Position numbers and translations under genes: made by a program
The notes under the pieces: generated by a model
The model's input: only the letters and a program-made list of their open reading frames with translations
Told to the model about the DNA's origin: nothing
Databases searched by the model: none
Shown: positions 1 to 55,216 of the stretch, one piece after another
Layout: each line of letters starts with the position of its first letter
Numbering within the stretch: the first letter of the stretch is position 1
Origin: Tubiluchus corallicola
Taxonomy: Eukaryota > Animalia > Priapulida
DNA length: 64,000 nucleotides
Direction of reading: 5' to 3'
Assembly (NCBI GenBank): GCA_030141605.1
Contig: JAQGDQ010000087.1
Location: 1 to 64,000, forward strand

Positions 1-583
1 TCAAATGTGACTTAGGTAAGTCAAATGTAGATGCATTACTTTGACTAAATAGGTAATTAGCTCATTTAAGTGCAAATTACAAAAAGATAAACCAAAGATA
101 GTCATCACCTCTTTCATAACTTTGAAAAATGTGTTGTTTATACCTGCCCAAAGAACAGCGAATCACTAATTAGTTTTTTAAGTAATACATTAGCACTGCA
201 TTAATGAATTAGTTTCTCTCAAGAAACAATGTTTATTTTAAGAATGTATTGCTTTCTCTAAAGTTTGTAAAGTTTACAGAATATTAGTGAACTATTAGTA
301 GCCCTATAAAGTTATTATTTAAGCAGCAATTATTAAATTGAAATTAAAGAAGATTAAATTTAACATCCTTAAACTTTACCACCTATCCACATTTGAGATA
401 CCAACGTCACATTTGACTTGACATGTGTCTACATTTGGTTTACCAAAAGCGCTCAAGATTTGTTGAAAACCATTGTTAACACATTTGAACTACCTACGTC
501 TACATTTGAGTTACCAAGACACATTTGAATTACCTAAATCTACATTTGAGTTACCGTAGGTCTACATTTGACAATGTAAAACC
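1..583. mobile_element. Foldback-type MITE with subterminal repeat arrays (truncated by window start)
   Basis: CAAATGT(A/G)/ACATTTG arrays; ends TGTAAAACC|TATA; homologous to 50817-51764. Confidence 0.85.
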
Positions 584-1649
584 TATAATACAGAGCTGAA
601 GGCAGAAATAATCCTGCACGGAATCATATTTATTGTGTGTCAAATTTCCATGTGTTGATATTCGTCAGGACATCGGTACACTCGCATCGTTAAAATGTAA
701 TAAATTTCACACACGTACGAATGATGATATTTCTTATTCACTTCCCGGTTTAGAGATAGGTAATATCGAAATGCAACCATTTTTATTACCGTCCTTTATA
801 CAGCACTTTGTAGTTAAGGTATGTTTAGTCAAATTCCCTCACTTGAACATAAATTTTGAGTAATTATGCATAGAAATAAACAATCCGTAATTGGACCATT
901 GGCGTTGGTCAGTTTGTCTCCCTACCTGTCTGTCCGTGTCTCTGTCGTCTTTATTAAAGGAAAACTCGGGCTCAGTCTTATACTACATCTCAAAACAATC
1001 TACTCTATAAAATAGTGAAAGGGAACACACTGTTTTTTCAATAATGACTTATGGAAAAGAATTGCTTCCACAGAATAGTAATTTCGAGTTTACGCGGCTA
1101 GTTCTTCGCTGTTACATACGTTTCGCCATTCCCTAGTTATATGTGTGCTACCGCTTGCATCCTGTACATGACCTGGCCAAAAAAGTGCCTCTCAGTTCAG
1201 ATGTGTTCAGTTGTGACGTAGCGCACACTTTCGAGAGCTTACGCATGAAGCACAGCGATGAACTTAAAATTTACCGTGTTTTTGTGTTTGGGACTGAACA
1301 TTGTACAATAACATTGCACTTCAATTTTTACTTTTGTAAACACATGCAGCACACTCATGGAATGTTTTTGTTGTTGAAAGTTATGTTCAATTGTAATGTC
1401 ACCAGTAGTTGGGCTCGCCGGCCATTATTTAAGTTTTTACCCATTATATATCAACCATCAGACATGCATTTTTGACAGTTCTAAAATGCATACTTTTTAC
1501 TGCACTTCAAAATGGGATACGATATAAAAAACCATCCTGTTCTCCTTTAAATTTTGCCCTAGTGAACCTTCCACTCGTCTAAGGTGATAACACACATTGA
1601 ATACACATCAGATAACAATGATAATTAGGTCCTATTATACTCTACATAC

Positions 1650-1722
1650 CTTGGCAATTAGCTTTCATTATCATCATCAGCCATGTTATGCACAGAACTA
1701 CGTATGTTTTGACTCTAGTCAT
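1650..1722 (-). CDS. First coding exon (signal peptide) of an unidentified secreted or membrane protein gene continuing beyond the left edge
   Basis: Exon 1650-1794 has a strong acceptor (ggttctttttctacag) and donor (AAG/gtatgt). It encodes MTRVKTYVVLCITWLMMIMKANCQ followed by a phase-1 intron. Confidence 0.6.
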
Positions 1723-2291
1723 CCTTCTAAATCCAAAAGTGACACAGGAGAAATGCTGTTCTATCAGAATTTTTTTTTATCTGTCAGGGGTAAGCTGTAG
1801 AAAAAGAACCAACTGCTCATATTAATACTCCTTGATTGTTTAGCATATGATATCATTACTGATTCATTATTTAGTTATGAAACATTACATCATATAAGAA
1901 AATTATGACTAAAACGCAGGCCTAATTAAAAACAAATTATAATGACAACAATCACAAGAAAAATTTAAAACTAAAATTTTCAAAATTCAATATTGTTTAC
2001 TAAGAGAGCTAATCTTATCTGCAAAAATAATAAAAATACTACATACCAAAGGAAACCCACTTTTATTTATTCTACTATATTTTTATGGGTATATAAACTA
2101 AACTAAACTAGGCAACTTAGACACGGTACCTAATTTAAAAATATGGGGGTTTGCAATACTCATTTGACTCAATTCTTAATTTGGTGCATTAGTCTTAAAT
2201 GATAGTGATTATGCTATAGACTTGTGCAAAATGCACCACTGTAGATTAACATTGTTACATTATAAATAGATATCAAGTAAATTTGTTTCTA

Positions 2292-2645
2292 CGGAGTGTG
2301 TCAAAAAAACGATGCAGAAGAAATGTGAAAAGTGTGACAAAATAAACATCAGCTTCTATATTACGACATCTAAATGACATTAAAATAATATTAGGCGTAT
2401 ATGTTTACATCATTATTCCAATTTTTCTATACTATAAAACTTAATGGTACGACTACATTTATTCTACTTTATGTGGTATTATTCTACTTATTATATGACT
2501 ACCACCATGCTATTATAAAAGAATGCGTCGATCGTATTTAATAGGCCTACGATACAATCAAGAACACAGATACAGAAGACAATTAGCGAGCGAAGATAGC
2601 GGGTGGCTGCTACTAGTATTTGCTAGTTTTCTTTGGAACACCGTG
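2292..2645. mobile_element. Tc1/mariner-type MITE (degenerate)
   Basis: TA|CGGAGTGTGTCAAAAAAA...TTTCTTTGGAACACCGTG|TA; a related right end TTTTGCGACACCCTG|TA occurs at ~4885. Confidence 0.55.
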
Positions 2646-2918
2646 TATTTGCACCGTGACTTGCTATTTGTACCTGCAAAATTCAACTAAGATGAAAACA
2701 ACTGGAGACATTTTTGCATGTGCGATGTAATGACAATAGTATGGTCATTGTTTGATCACCAATCTACACAACCGGTGTCATTGAAACGCGCCGCGATTTA
2801 TATAAGCCTTAAATAAATTACTTCCAATCTTCTACTAAATACTAGAAAATCCAACAGCCGCTGATGATACTAACAGCCAAACATCAATGCTACCTTGACC
2901 TGCAATGTCAAAACTCAC

Positions 2919-3130
2919 CTCTCTCAATGCGAATTTGAAGATTACAGGTAACAAACTAAGAATGTTTATAATCACACGTTTTACTATAAACTTTGCAACA
3001 GTGTCTTTATCAAATTTTCGTTTACTTGTTATATGCGCTTAACATTGCATGAACTTTCTAAATGACGACTTCCGCCTGTCATAAAACTGTTTTGTTGTGT
3101 CCGACCAATAGAAGAGTTAGGCCCAACTAC
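2919..3130 (-). promoter_or_regulatory. Candidate non-coding first exon and promoter of the left-edge gene
   Basis: Consensus donor GAG/gtgagt at 2918; ETS-like gcggaagt at ~3068-3075; CCAAT at ~3104; locally more CpG. Confidence 0.35.
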
Positions 3131-3371
3131 AGGTATTTCCAAGCGAAAGCTTCCTCATAGCCTCAAGCCACGTTACAATGCAACGCTGAATAACGAAAAC
3201 TGAAAGTCAATAGCCGAGTAAAATTTGAAAATCTGATATATTACATATTATTAGACAGTTTATGTCTAATAAAAATCAGAATACTTGAAAAAAATATAGA
3301 TCTATTAATATGAGCTAACGTTTCAGACTGCTCTGAGGTGTACCAAACGTGCAAAATGCTACTATAATTAA

Positions 3372-3912
3372 AGGGAAACATAACGATTTTTCATATACTA
3401 CCCCGCTATGAAGTACCTTAAAATGTTTGCACTTTAACATATATAATAATGACAAAGTGTTTTTGATAATGAAATAACAGGTTAAAAACTTAATAACGAT
3501 CGGTGAGCCCAGATAGTAATGTCATACCTGAGCACAATTTTCAACAGCATAAATATCTCACAAGCGTGTTGCACGTGTTTGCGAAGGCGAAAATTGAAGT
3601 ACAGTGCTGCTGTACAGGGTTCCGTGTGTTGTACAACAGCTTGGCAAATTTTAAGTCAGAAATTTAAATTTCAAATTTATCGGCTGTATTCACGGCTCCA
3701 ATTGTATGTATGTGCGACATCACAACTGAACAAATCTGAAGTGAGAGGTACAGCGCCTGTGTTCTGCGAGGCGCTGGTGCCCACAGCGAAAAGAGAAATG
3801 CATGTAACAGCGAAGAACTAGCAACACGAATGCGAAATTAGTTTCTGCGACAATAATTTATTTAAGTAACTCGCAACTCTTTTGTCGGAAACAAAGGCTA
3901 CGATTTGTTCCT
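3372..3912. mobile_element. Possible Kolobok-like non-autonomous element
   Basis: TTAA|AGG...CCT|TTAG with only weak terminal inverted similarity. Confidence 0.3.
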
Positions 3913-6900
3913 TTAGAGATTTGTTTACTCGTAAAGAGCCAGACTAGTGCTTAAACTTTGGCCCAAGTTCAAATACCTAATCTTCGGTTTCCGACTCAAA
4001 CGAACCTGAAATTATTAGTATTGAACAAGAAAGGACCTTGGTAGACACGCCTGCCTACAAAACTTAAAAAAATGAACTCGCTTGACGCGTTCAAAACACA
4101 TAAATCTGACATTTCTATTGATATTCCGTGAAAACATGTTCTAGTCTAGAAGCTATGAGCAGACTGCTCTCGTAATTAGTAGCTTGTGTCCACCGAAAGC
4201 TAAGGTATCCACACATGATTTTTTAAGCTAGCTTACTTTTCACTTCATTTAATTTGTTTTTATTATTCTTTATTTAATATTATTGTTATTATTTTGCAGT
4301 TTTTCTCATTTTGAGCTGTGCATGGACGATATGACAGCTTGAATTTTGATCATTTTTATATTCATTTGTACCACATTATTTGGCTTTTACATACCATTGC
4401 TTTTTCTTCATCATTTTCCTGTATGTTTAGATATTTTTGATTGCATTTTCATCTTTCACTTATTTAAAGTTGATTAGTGAATTTTAAACAGATCAAGTTG
4501 CTAAGTAAAATAGTAATAATGTAATTTCACTACTATTCATGAGCGAAATAGCTACAGTGTCATCTCAATAATCACATACATCCATTGAAGGATGGCTTGA
4601 CTAGTTGACCCTCTTGGTCTTTCGCCATCCTATTTCCATTGTGAAAATTAAATACATTTACTTGCCTCGGTTATATCATGAATATGGAAATAAATGCACG
4701 TTTTGAATTGAATTGAATTTACGAACCTGGTGAAAAAACAGAAATGTTTAAAAACATTTTTTCCTGTATTTGAAGTGTTGAAGAAAGTAGCATAATATTG
4801 AAAAGGGGAAGCCGCAGGTAATGACTGGAGAAAGATTTAAAAGAAAATTTGAAATCAGGGTACATTGAACTTTTGCGACACCCTGTATTTTGTATGACAG
4901 GAAAATAAAGAAATTAATGCCAGAAGAGTAATTATGCGCAGATTTAAATTGACGCCATTAAATTTCTCATATAAATCAGTGGATGCAAATGTAGCTCATA
5001 ACCAAATCTTGTGTCTGTGTTCATAAGTAAATCAAGTGCACATCTTGAAATAATTTCATCTGTCGCTTTGTGTACACCCACCATGTACAAAATAACAAAC
5101 AACGATAGCACACTTCTCCATAAGTAAAGATTATTATTTTCAAGCCAATAATTAGCATATATTCACAAGTACATCTAGGTATTTCTTCGGCAAAAATGTT
5201 ATTGAAACTAATACAAAAAAAAGAAAAACTGGCAATAATTATTATTGTTAACATTTCAAAATTTCAAGCATTAATATACATATAGCACTTCATAGTTAGC
5301 AAATAAGTAGACAATGGTCACAGTTAGGACAATTAGGACAATTCTGTAATGACTGAATCATACCCAATTATCACAGTTAAGTTAAAATACAGGTACGCAG
5401 AGTTAATGAAAACTCCCTCAGTGGTTACTTTTTGAAAGCATACATGCAGGTAAAAATCACTTTCCTGGCAATATTCTATCACTGGAGTATTATTGAAGAG
5501 ACTGGTGAAAATATACATTTTACTTTGCAGTAAAAAGTCAAACTAAAATAGTGCATTAACTTTGAAATTTGTAACTGCTGAAATGACAAAATCCTGAATC
5601 ATAAAGTTTTCTGGAATCTCCGTGTCAAGAAGACATCTTCCAAGAGACAAACGTATACGTTCTGCATTCTATGCAAAACTGCTGCAACGTAGTCTGCTGC
5701 TTGAGTTTCATAACCGAGCACCCCATGACCGCTTGGCTGTTCACCTCACTCTGAAACCGATCTGATGTGTGCTACACACACGTACGCTTTCAAAAATTAA
5801 CCACATATGTTATTTAACCATATGTTAGCAAAACGAAAATGGAAATTTGATTTTACATGCAAATATGTGTTCAAGAGTTAGAGAAAACTTATGCCACACC
5901 ATTGCGACTTCATACAGAAATAATATACTGAGCAATACTAGAAAAATTAACCTTTTAAATACACGGGTAAGTAATGACTTATACGTCACAACTGCAAAAA
6001 TATAATTTACATTTGGCTATACAAATACTCTACATCATAGCTATAGCACACTATGCAAAATTCTAGAAGAATTTGTCATCTTTAGGTATCTTATATACAG
6101 TATGTAAAAACAAGTCTATCTGGGTGCTTCAACATACTTATTTTACTACCTGTATATAAATGTGTAAAGAATGACGAATACTGAAAGATCTTTATATACC
6201 ATTTCAGCACACAAACTGGCATGTGGCCTAATAATTTTCAGCGCACCTTGAAATCTAATCTAGTCCAGGGACAGAATTTACTAGCAGCTTCAAAAGCCAA
6301 ATTTTACACTAAATTTAGGCTGATTTATGAAACAATACTGCAATAATAGCATACAACTTACATGTAATAACAAATTCTGATAATCTGCATAGAGTAGTAG
6401 TAAAATTTAGGAATTACATCATGTGAACATGTCAACCAGAAAAAATAAATTAATATTAGTAAGACTTTAGTATTACAAACGGGATGGAAAAGCACTAATT
6501 TCACACAAATAACGACTGAGACTGTTCATAATTAATGCAAATGTCTCACACTCATTTGGAACAGGTTCAGTCTCGTTACACGCAGCATCTTGTCTTCCAC
6601 AATGACACAAAATATTTACAAATCGCCATCTGGTTCACTTAATAATGTCCTTTGATCCTGGAATGTCTGCAAATGAAGCAAGTGCAGCCAACGAGTTTAG
6701 CACACAGAGGACTAAGCAAACCGCAATGGATGCAAAGCGTAAATACAAACTTAAAACTTTAAAGTTTTCAATTCACTAACACGCTCAGCCTATTCAGTAT
6801 GCAGCTCATAGAAAAATCAACAAGAAGATTTATTAGCTAACTGACAATACATAATTACAAACACTTAAGCAAAAGTCCTAGTAAAACTGCTTAGAAATGT

Positions 6901-6966
6901 CAATAAAAAATTATGCAAAACAAAAGTATGCAAAAATAATCACATTAAATGAGGAAAAAGATCACG

Positions 6967-48655
<41,689 letters not shown>

Positions 48656-50816
48656 TCTGCTTGTTTTCACTTTTACTACAAATTACTGCTGCTATTTTAT
48701 TTGCACAAGTTCGCTAAATCTAAAAATAATAAAATCAAGTTTTGACACGAAGATACATACAGGTAACGCTTACGAGTATTTCAATTCACTTCAAATTTAA
48801 AGAAATCGGTCAATTTAGGCAACAGAAAAAGTCGATAACTAATTTTTTTAAAAAAAAAAATATGTTAAGGAACACTGCAACCTTTTTCCAATTGAAGCAG
48901 CACTATAAAATGAAAAAGAATGCCTAAGTCCAAAGCATCTCTGAATCCGAATAAAATTTGCATAGGAAAGACAAATGTGTTAAAATTAATCTTCTTTATC
49001 GATTGCAGGCATGTCTGTACTGCAGTACAAAGAGCAAATGACTTAGAGAAAATCTAGGTACATTATAAATAGTCAGCTAGTGAAGTTTACACACGCACTG
49101 TTAACAAACTCTTGTGTCACCACGGTTTTTTAGCAAAGCCAGACAAACACAGTGCAAATTTCTAATGCAATTTACCATCACATCACATTTATAATTAACC
49201 ACACCCAGTTTCCATTAGTCAGTTATGAATGAAGAGGACAACAGCATTCAATCTCCAAACTGGATTTTTAAAGGTGTTAGGATAACAATTACAACAAATT
49301 TACAAGCCAACGTCAAGAAATCGTTTAACTAGCGTAACAAACCCGTTACCATGGAATCACAACCAAATTTGGCAAGAACACACCAAAGTCAATTACAGTT
49401 TATTCTTAACGCAAGAACAAGTGCACTTAAGAGGGGAAAAAGCTTTACAAGTAGCTCATTTTACACACTTGCGCGACTCAGAACAAAAGGTTTACTCAGT
49501 TAGCAGTATAAAATTACATTTGCTTTGTGAGAAGCATTATTATGTGAACACGTAAAAAGGCTTTGAACAAAAACACTTCTCGGACAATATCAGAAAATTA
49601 AAATCACACTGTAAAAAGGTGCAGCAAAATGCACTGTGTATTACTTAACAGCTTTCAATGAAAACAAGAATTCATATTAAATGAGCAACATGAATTCTAT
49701 TTATAATTAATGCCATTCCCAGGATCTCTGTTTCATGAAATTTTAAAATTAGCAATGCACAGCATGGTGACTTGGCAACGGGGAGTGCCAGAAAATACCA
49801 ATACGAGATAAGAAGATAGAGCTCCTTTATTCAGTATGGTTCAATGCCCAAGGCGCAATGACTGATGAACAAATTTAACTAATAAGACAAGACTTACACT
49901 GGGCAGAAAACTTAGTTAGTTCTGAAAGAAGTACCTATGTCTTAATAACTAATAAGGACTCATTCCAGGAATAAGCCTACACTAGCTGCTGGTTTTTATA
50001 ATCTATGCACAAACTAAGCTCAGGAAACAATACTCCAAATTCAGTCATACAGCATAAGTCAGGCTTATTTTTAACCATGTACAAACCTGAACTCATCAAC
50101 ACAAAAAATGCAACATTTTCAGCACATGTGATAGCCACTCATAATTATAATAATTTAAGACAGTTGACAACATTTTCAGTTCAAAGCTACACTGTTCAAG
50201 CAGCAGTATATCTTGCTTTTAAGAATAAAAGACCGACGACAATGCATTGCTCCAAAACACCAATTAACTTGTGATCTAGATTTCACATCAAAAGTTTTTA
50301 TTCTTTATCAGAAGACCAATCCAATCACTGAAAAAATTTATTGCGAGCACAATTGTTACCATTTAATAAAGCGATTTAAACTTATTCCTTCCAAAGAAAA
50401 ATTCTAAAATTCAGGCACATAGCATGATTTACTTCTCTTTTTGCATGATCTTTCACTTATAAGACCCCGCAACCATACAGGTGTGCAGTGTACGGGACTC
50501 ACCTTGGGTTCAGTGTACTCAAGAAATCCCAACGTTACAAGTTAGAACTATAATTTATATTAATTACATACAGTTCATCTATAGCACAAACTCTTTATCC
50601 TGCTGTGAGCGCAAATGCTTGGTTAGTATCCTGGCAAGGCTGGCATTACTATAATTGCACAAACCTGCCTAGTATATAAACGCATTTATTATTCATTTCG
50701 ATGATCAACACAATTAGCACACAAGCTTTAAAACTTACAGTGCACTAGCTTTTATAGCAAAAGTTACAAACTTAAAGTACCAGCCATTATTCTCAAAGCC
50801 TAAACATAATAATATA

Positions 50817-51764
50817 GGTTTTACACGTCAAATGTAGACAGGAAAGTTCAAATGCGACTTAGGTAAGTCAAATGTAGACATAGGAATTTCAAATGTAGAC
50901 ATAGGAATTTCGAATGTGTTTTGGTAAGTCAAATGTAGAAATAGGAATTTGGAATGTGTTTTGGTAACTCAAATGTGACTTAGGTAAGACAAATGTAGAT
51001 GCGGTACTTAAATAAATCGGTAATTAACTCATTTAAGTGCAAATTACAAAAAGACAAAACGAAATTAAAATTATATTTTATGGTCATGGTGCTATCGGCA
51101 GCATCAATTTTTATTACATTTAATTAATTTGCAACTATTTGTATGGACGTTAATACGTTTTTCAAATGTAAAGTAAATGTAATTGTTTGATAAGAACACT
51201 TAAAAGTGTTGTACATAAATAAGTTAACAATTATACAATTATTAATATATACACCAAATCTACATTTTATTTGTCAACATTTTACAAAAAATGTCGGCAG
51301 AAAAGAATAAATCGGTTCCCACTTCGCAATGAACAGTGAATCACTAATTAGTTTTTTAAGTAATGCATTAGCACTGCATTAATGAATTAGTTTCTCTCAA
51401 GAAACATTGCTTATTTTAAGAATATATTGTTTTCTCTAACAGTTCCAATGGTATGTAAAGTTTGCAGAATATTAGTGAACCTATAACATTGTTATTTTAA
51501 CTTAAGAGCAATTATTAAATTGAAATTAAAAAAGATTAAATTTAACATCCTTAAACTTTACCACCTATCCACATTTGAGATACCAATGTCACATTTGACT
51601 TGTCATGTGTCTACATTTGACTTACCAAAAACGCTTAAGCTTTCTTGAAATCCATTGTTAACACATTTGAACTACCTAAGTCTACATTTGAGTTACCAAG
51701 ACACATTTGAATTACCTAAATCTACATTTGAGTTAACGTAGGTCTATATTTGACATGTAAAACC
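50817..51764. mobile_element. Foldback-type MITE, complete copy
   Basis: TATA|GGTTTTACA...TGTAAAACC|TATA with inverted arrays of CAAATGTAGAC-like units. Confidence 0.9.
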
Positions 51765-53249
51765 TATATTTATGTTATTACTATGAACTCAGTAGATAAT
51801 ATTTATGAAGACTGTCAAATACCTAAAAAAGTCCACAAAAACAGTAGAAACTTTAAAACACACTTAATACTGAGACTTTAGCTGAATAACCACGAAATCG
51901 TACAGACGTGTTTAAAGCATTAAAGTACGAAATGTCATAAAATTAGAAATTTATTATTTCGATAAAATACCGCAGGCCAATCACTCACGCAGTTAAAGCT
52001 AATTAATGTCATGCAAATCATCCAGATTAATTTTTAACTGAATGCCATATGTCTCAGTATCATTGATGTGACCTGATGTTAGTCATCAACACAGTACATA
52101 ATTGCAGACAAAGAAAAAGCACATTGGCGGCAAGGATTGGCTCTGTCATCAAACGTCATTTATTATCAACACATGTTCTATTTAATTTATAAATTTAATC
52201 AATTCAAAATTAATCGATTAGTTTATGCAAGAACTCAACACTATACAATATGTAGCAATGTTAAGTGTGGACATAATACAAAAACTATAAGCTAGTTTGC
52301 TAATCAGACATTTGCTAGTTTAGGTTTGTATGTACATAACAAAAGAATAGCTTGAATAATTATATAGCCCAAAGGAAAGTCATCTGTCGTGCTAGCAACT
52401 GTAATAAACTTCAGTAGTCATAAACTAAAGTAAGGGTTTGTCTAAAGAACCCCAACAATGTGATTCTAGTGAAGTGCTCTAAACAAAGGCAATTTTGCTT
52501 TAAAGAATAACATAATGGGTGTCATTAGGCCTCCCAGTAAATCACTTGTGACTGCACAATCAAAAATTGTAGCCATTTTAAATTTTATTATTTTGCCTTC
52601 ATAATGGGTTTTCTCAGAGGTCGCATTTTTCGTAATCGAATTAGGAAGAGATAAACCAGTCCAGAATGGAAATCATTGGTACCCACTTACAGAACTCTTT
52701 CAGACCAACTGCCAGGACATGTCGTTTAGAAGAGCATGTATTGTTGTCTGAAATCCATTTCATGAATATGTTATTTAGAATGCCATTTAGTGTTGTCATA
52801 GAGTCCGTTTTATCATAAAAATTTAGAATAAAAAGTTACAATACAAAAACTGGCTAAAACTTATTACCTGAACACCAACAACAACGAAATCAGCATCACG
52901 ATGGAACAAAATTGCTTGTAAGCTTAAATCACAAGCAAGTAACCCAAAATTGTAGACTTTTATAAATTAAGATTTAAGATTTTTACGCGTAGCTAATTCA
53001 GCTAAATAGGCTTAAAATTATTGCCTTAAAACTGCAAACCACACAGTTACTAATTAACAATATCAACTAAGCCAGCTAATACGATATGGAAAATTTTGTA
53101 AGACCTGCAGAACATGCAAGCACCTTGAAGTTCTATTTAAAGGACAAGAAAACGCTCTTCATAAATAAGACTTTAAAAAAATTGTCTTCAAACTTTATTT
53201 CGCTTACATCTTGTCTTCTTGTATATAGAGCTTGCATTAATAGTAACGC

Positions 53250-53600
53250 TGTATAAAACTTGTAAATTTAAACTCCCACGATGACGGTTAGATGCAACCA
53301 TTTTAACTGTAAATCAAGTGAAACAAATCCAGATAGCATTGCACAAAGTTTGAAGAAATAATCAAGAGCATTCCTAGTCGCTAGCTAAGCAAAACTTTAA
53401 ATCACTTTGCATTGTCAGCAAAATCAATAACGTGTTTTTTGGTGAAACAGTGACGCAAACTGGGATGGCGGTGCAGTACTGTTTTATGCTATTAAGAACT
53501 TTCTTTTCTAATTACACAAGTTTTTCAAACAGGTAAGTGTAATGCTAAGTAATATAACTTTGCAAGGAAAGTTCTTTAAATGTACTTTAAAATTCCCGTT
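53250..53600 (-). repeat. Dispersed repeat family B, copy 3 (reverse)
   Basis: TTGTAAATTTAAACTCCCACGATGAC and CTGGGATGGCGGTGCAG are reverse complements of family B blocks. Confidence 0.75.
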
Positions 53601-55167
53601 TCAATTTCCATTTTAAATTTTCGACAGCTAAACATAAGTTAACCAAAGGTAATGAGCTAAATACTAGGAGGAGCCACTACAATTACATATTATAATTTGA
53701 CTAACTGATATTCATGGAAAACCTGCGATGTAAATTACAGATCGTGAAATGTGCCGATTAAGCCAAAGCTATTACACTACACAATGTTCACATCCACACA
53801 GAAGCCGGTACATCACTACATCAGAATGTTTAACGTCACTCATTACTTAACGTAGCAAATAAAAACGGGAAATAGATTTCAGCAGATTGCTGAAAACATT
53901 CAGCCAGAGTGTCACGCTAACCTTGCTGTATGGTGTGATCAATAACTGAAAATGGGAAGGAATCCAGAAGGGAAGCCCACTGCTGAGAGGAAACCATTGA
54001 CAAACTCAAGAATGCAGAGCATAGTCATGAGATTAAAACATGAATGGTATTTAAATATAATAAAAGATAACAGTCTTTACAAAGTTTCACTGTGCATTTG
54101 TATCATCAACAAAAGCATGTGTTCCCAACATAGACTGTGAATGAGACTATATATCCCTACCATACATTACCACTTGAAATGAATCACCACATGCCTGTAT
54201 ACTCTATTTTCTACACTCTGTAGTCCTCATTAGTCGTTCTCATTTTCGTACATACTCTGTCACAGTGTACATGTAGTTTTGGTTTTCGACTTATATTTTC
54301 GTTCACTTCTTAGTGACAAATGTGATGTTTAAAAAAGACCAGTAAAATCGTAAGTAGCCATAAATGATTCTACTTTTGGTACTAATTATTATGTAGTGAC
54401 GATATTAATTTCATAAGCGATCTATTGCTAATATTTTGTAAATTATTAAAGCAACAATAATATATCTTCCCATTATGGTAATTTTAATACTAATCCCCAG
54501 ATTTTAATACTAAATCTACCTACAATCGTTTTTTCTCAACTCATTTGCTTACTTGTTAATCACTACTGCTTGTTAATTATTATTATTTTTTCATTAAATT
54601 TCTGCAGTTACTATTTTTTTCTTGTATTTCGATTTTTTGATCTTTATAAAATAAATTTATTTCAGGTTTATCACACCGAATCAAAGCCGTACTGCCGTTT
54701 TTGTTAGTATTGGTTTGGGCGCATCCATACAGGCCAGTTTAAGTACATCTGCATACAATTCGGAATGTGTCAACAGTGTGAGGTTCTGACAACTAGTAGT
54801 CTGTGTAGGAGCACCTTATTTACTCGGTGATACCACCATTACAGTAAATCTCTAACAAAGCCCAAAAGGAACATCATACTGTTCTTGTCACAAAAAAACA
54901 AAACATAAAGTTAAAAAAATTTTCCGGAAATTTTGTATCACCTACATACCACCTTATTGCCAACAGTTACTGAAGTCGTTCGAAACAAGTTTAAATAACA
55001 AAGTTTGAAAAGTAATCAAGCCATTGTATTAATAATAAAAAATAAATCGCATAACATACAGGCAAAAGTATAAATTATTTTATCTTGTCAGTTCTGGTGA
55101 TTCAATCGTGCACACTGGGAAAATGAGTTCAGTTACGTTTTACCAAATCGAGTGACCAACTTAAATT

Positions 55168-55216
55168 ATACACACACATACAGCATACATATATATATAT
55201 ACACACACACACATAC
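55168..55216. repeat. (CA)n/(TA)n compound microsatellite
   Basis: Direct observation. Confidence 0.85.

Noticed and set aside
1-583. Repeat arrays resembling CRISPR (also 50817-51764 and 15115-15385)
   Set aside because: No unique spacers and no cas genes in this eukaryotic context; explained by transposon subterminal repeats or a minisatellite
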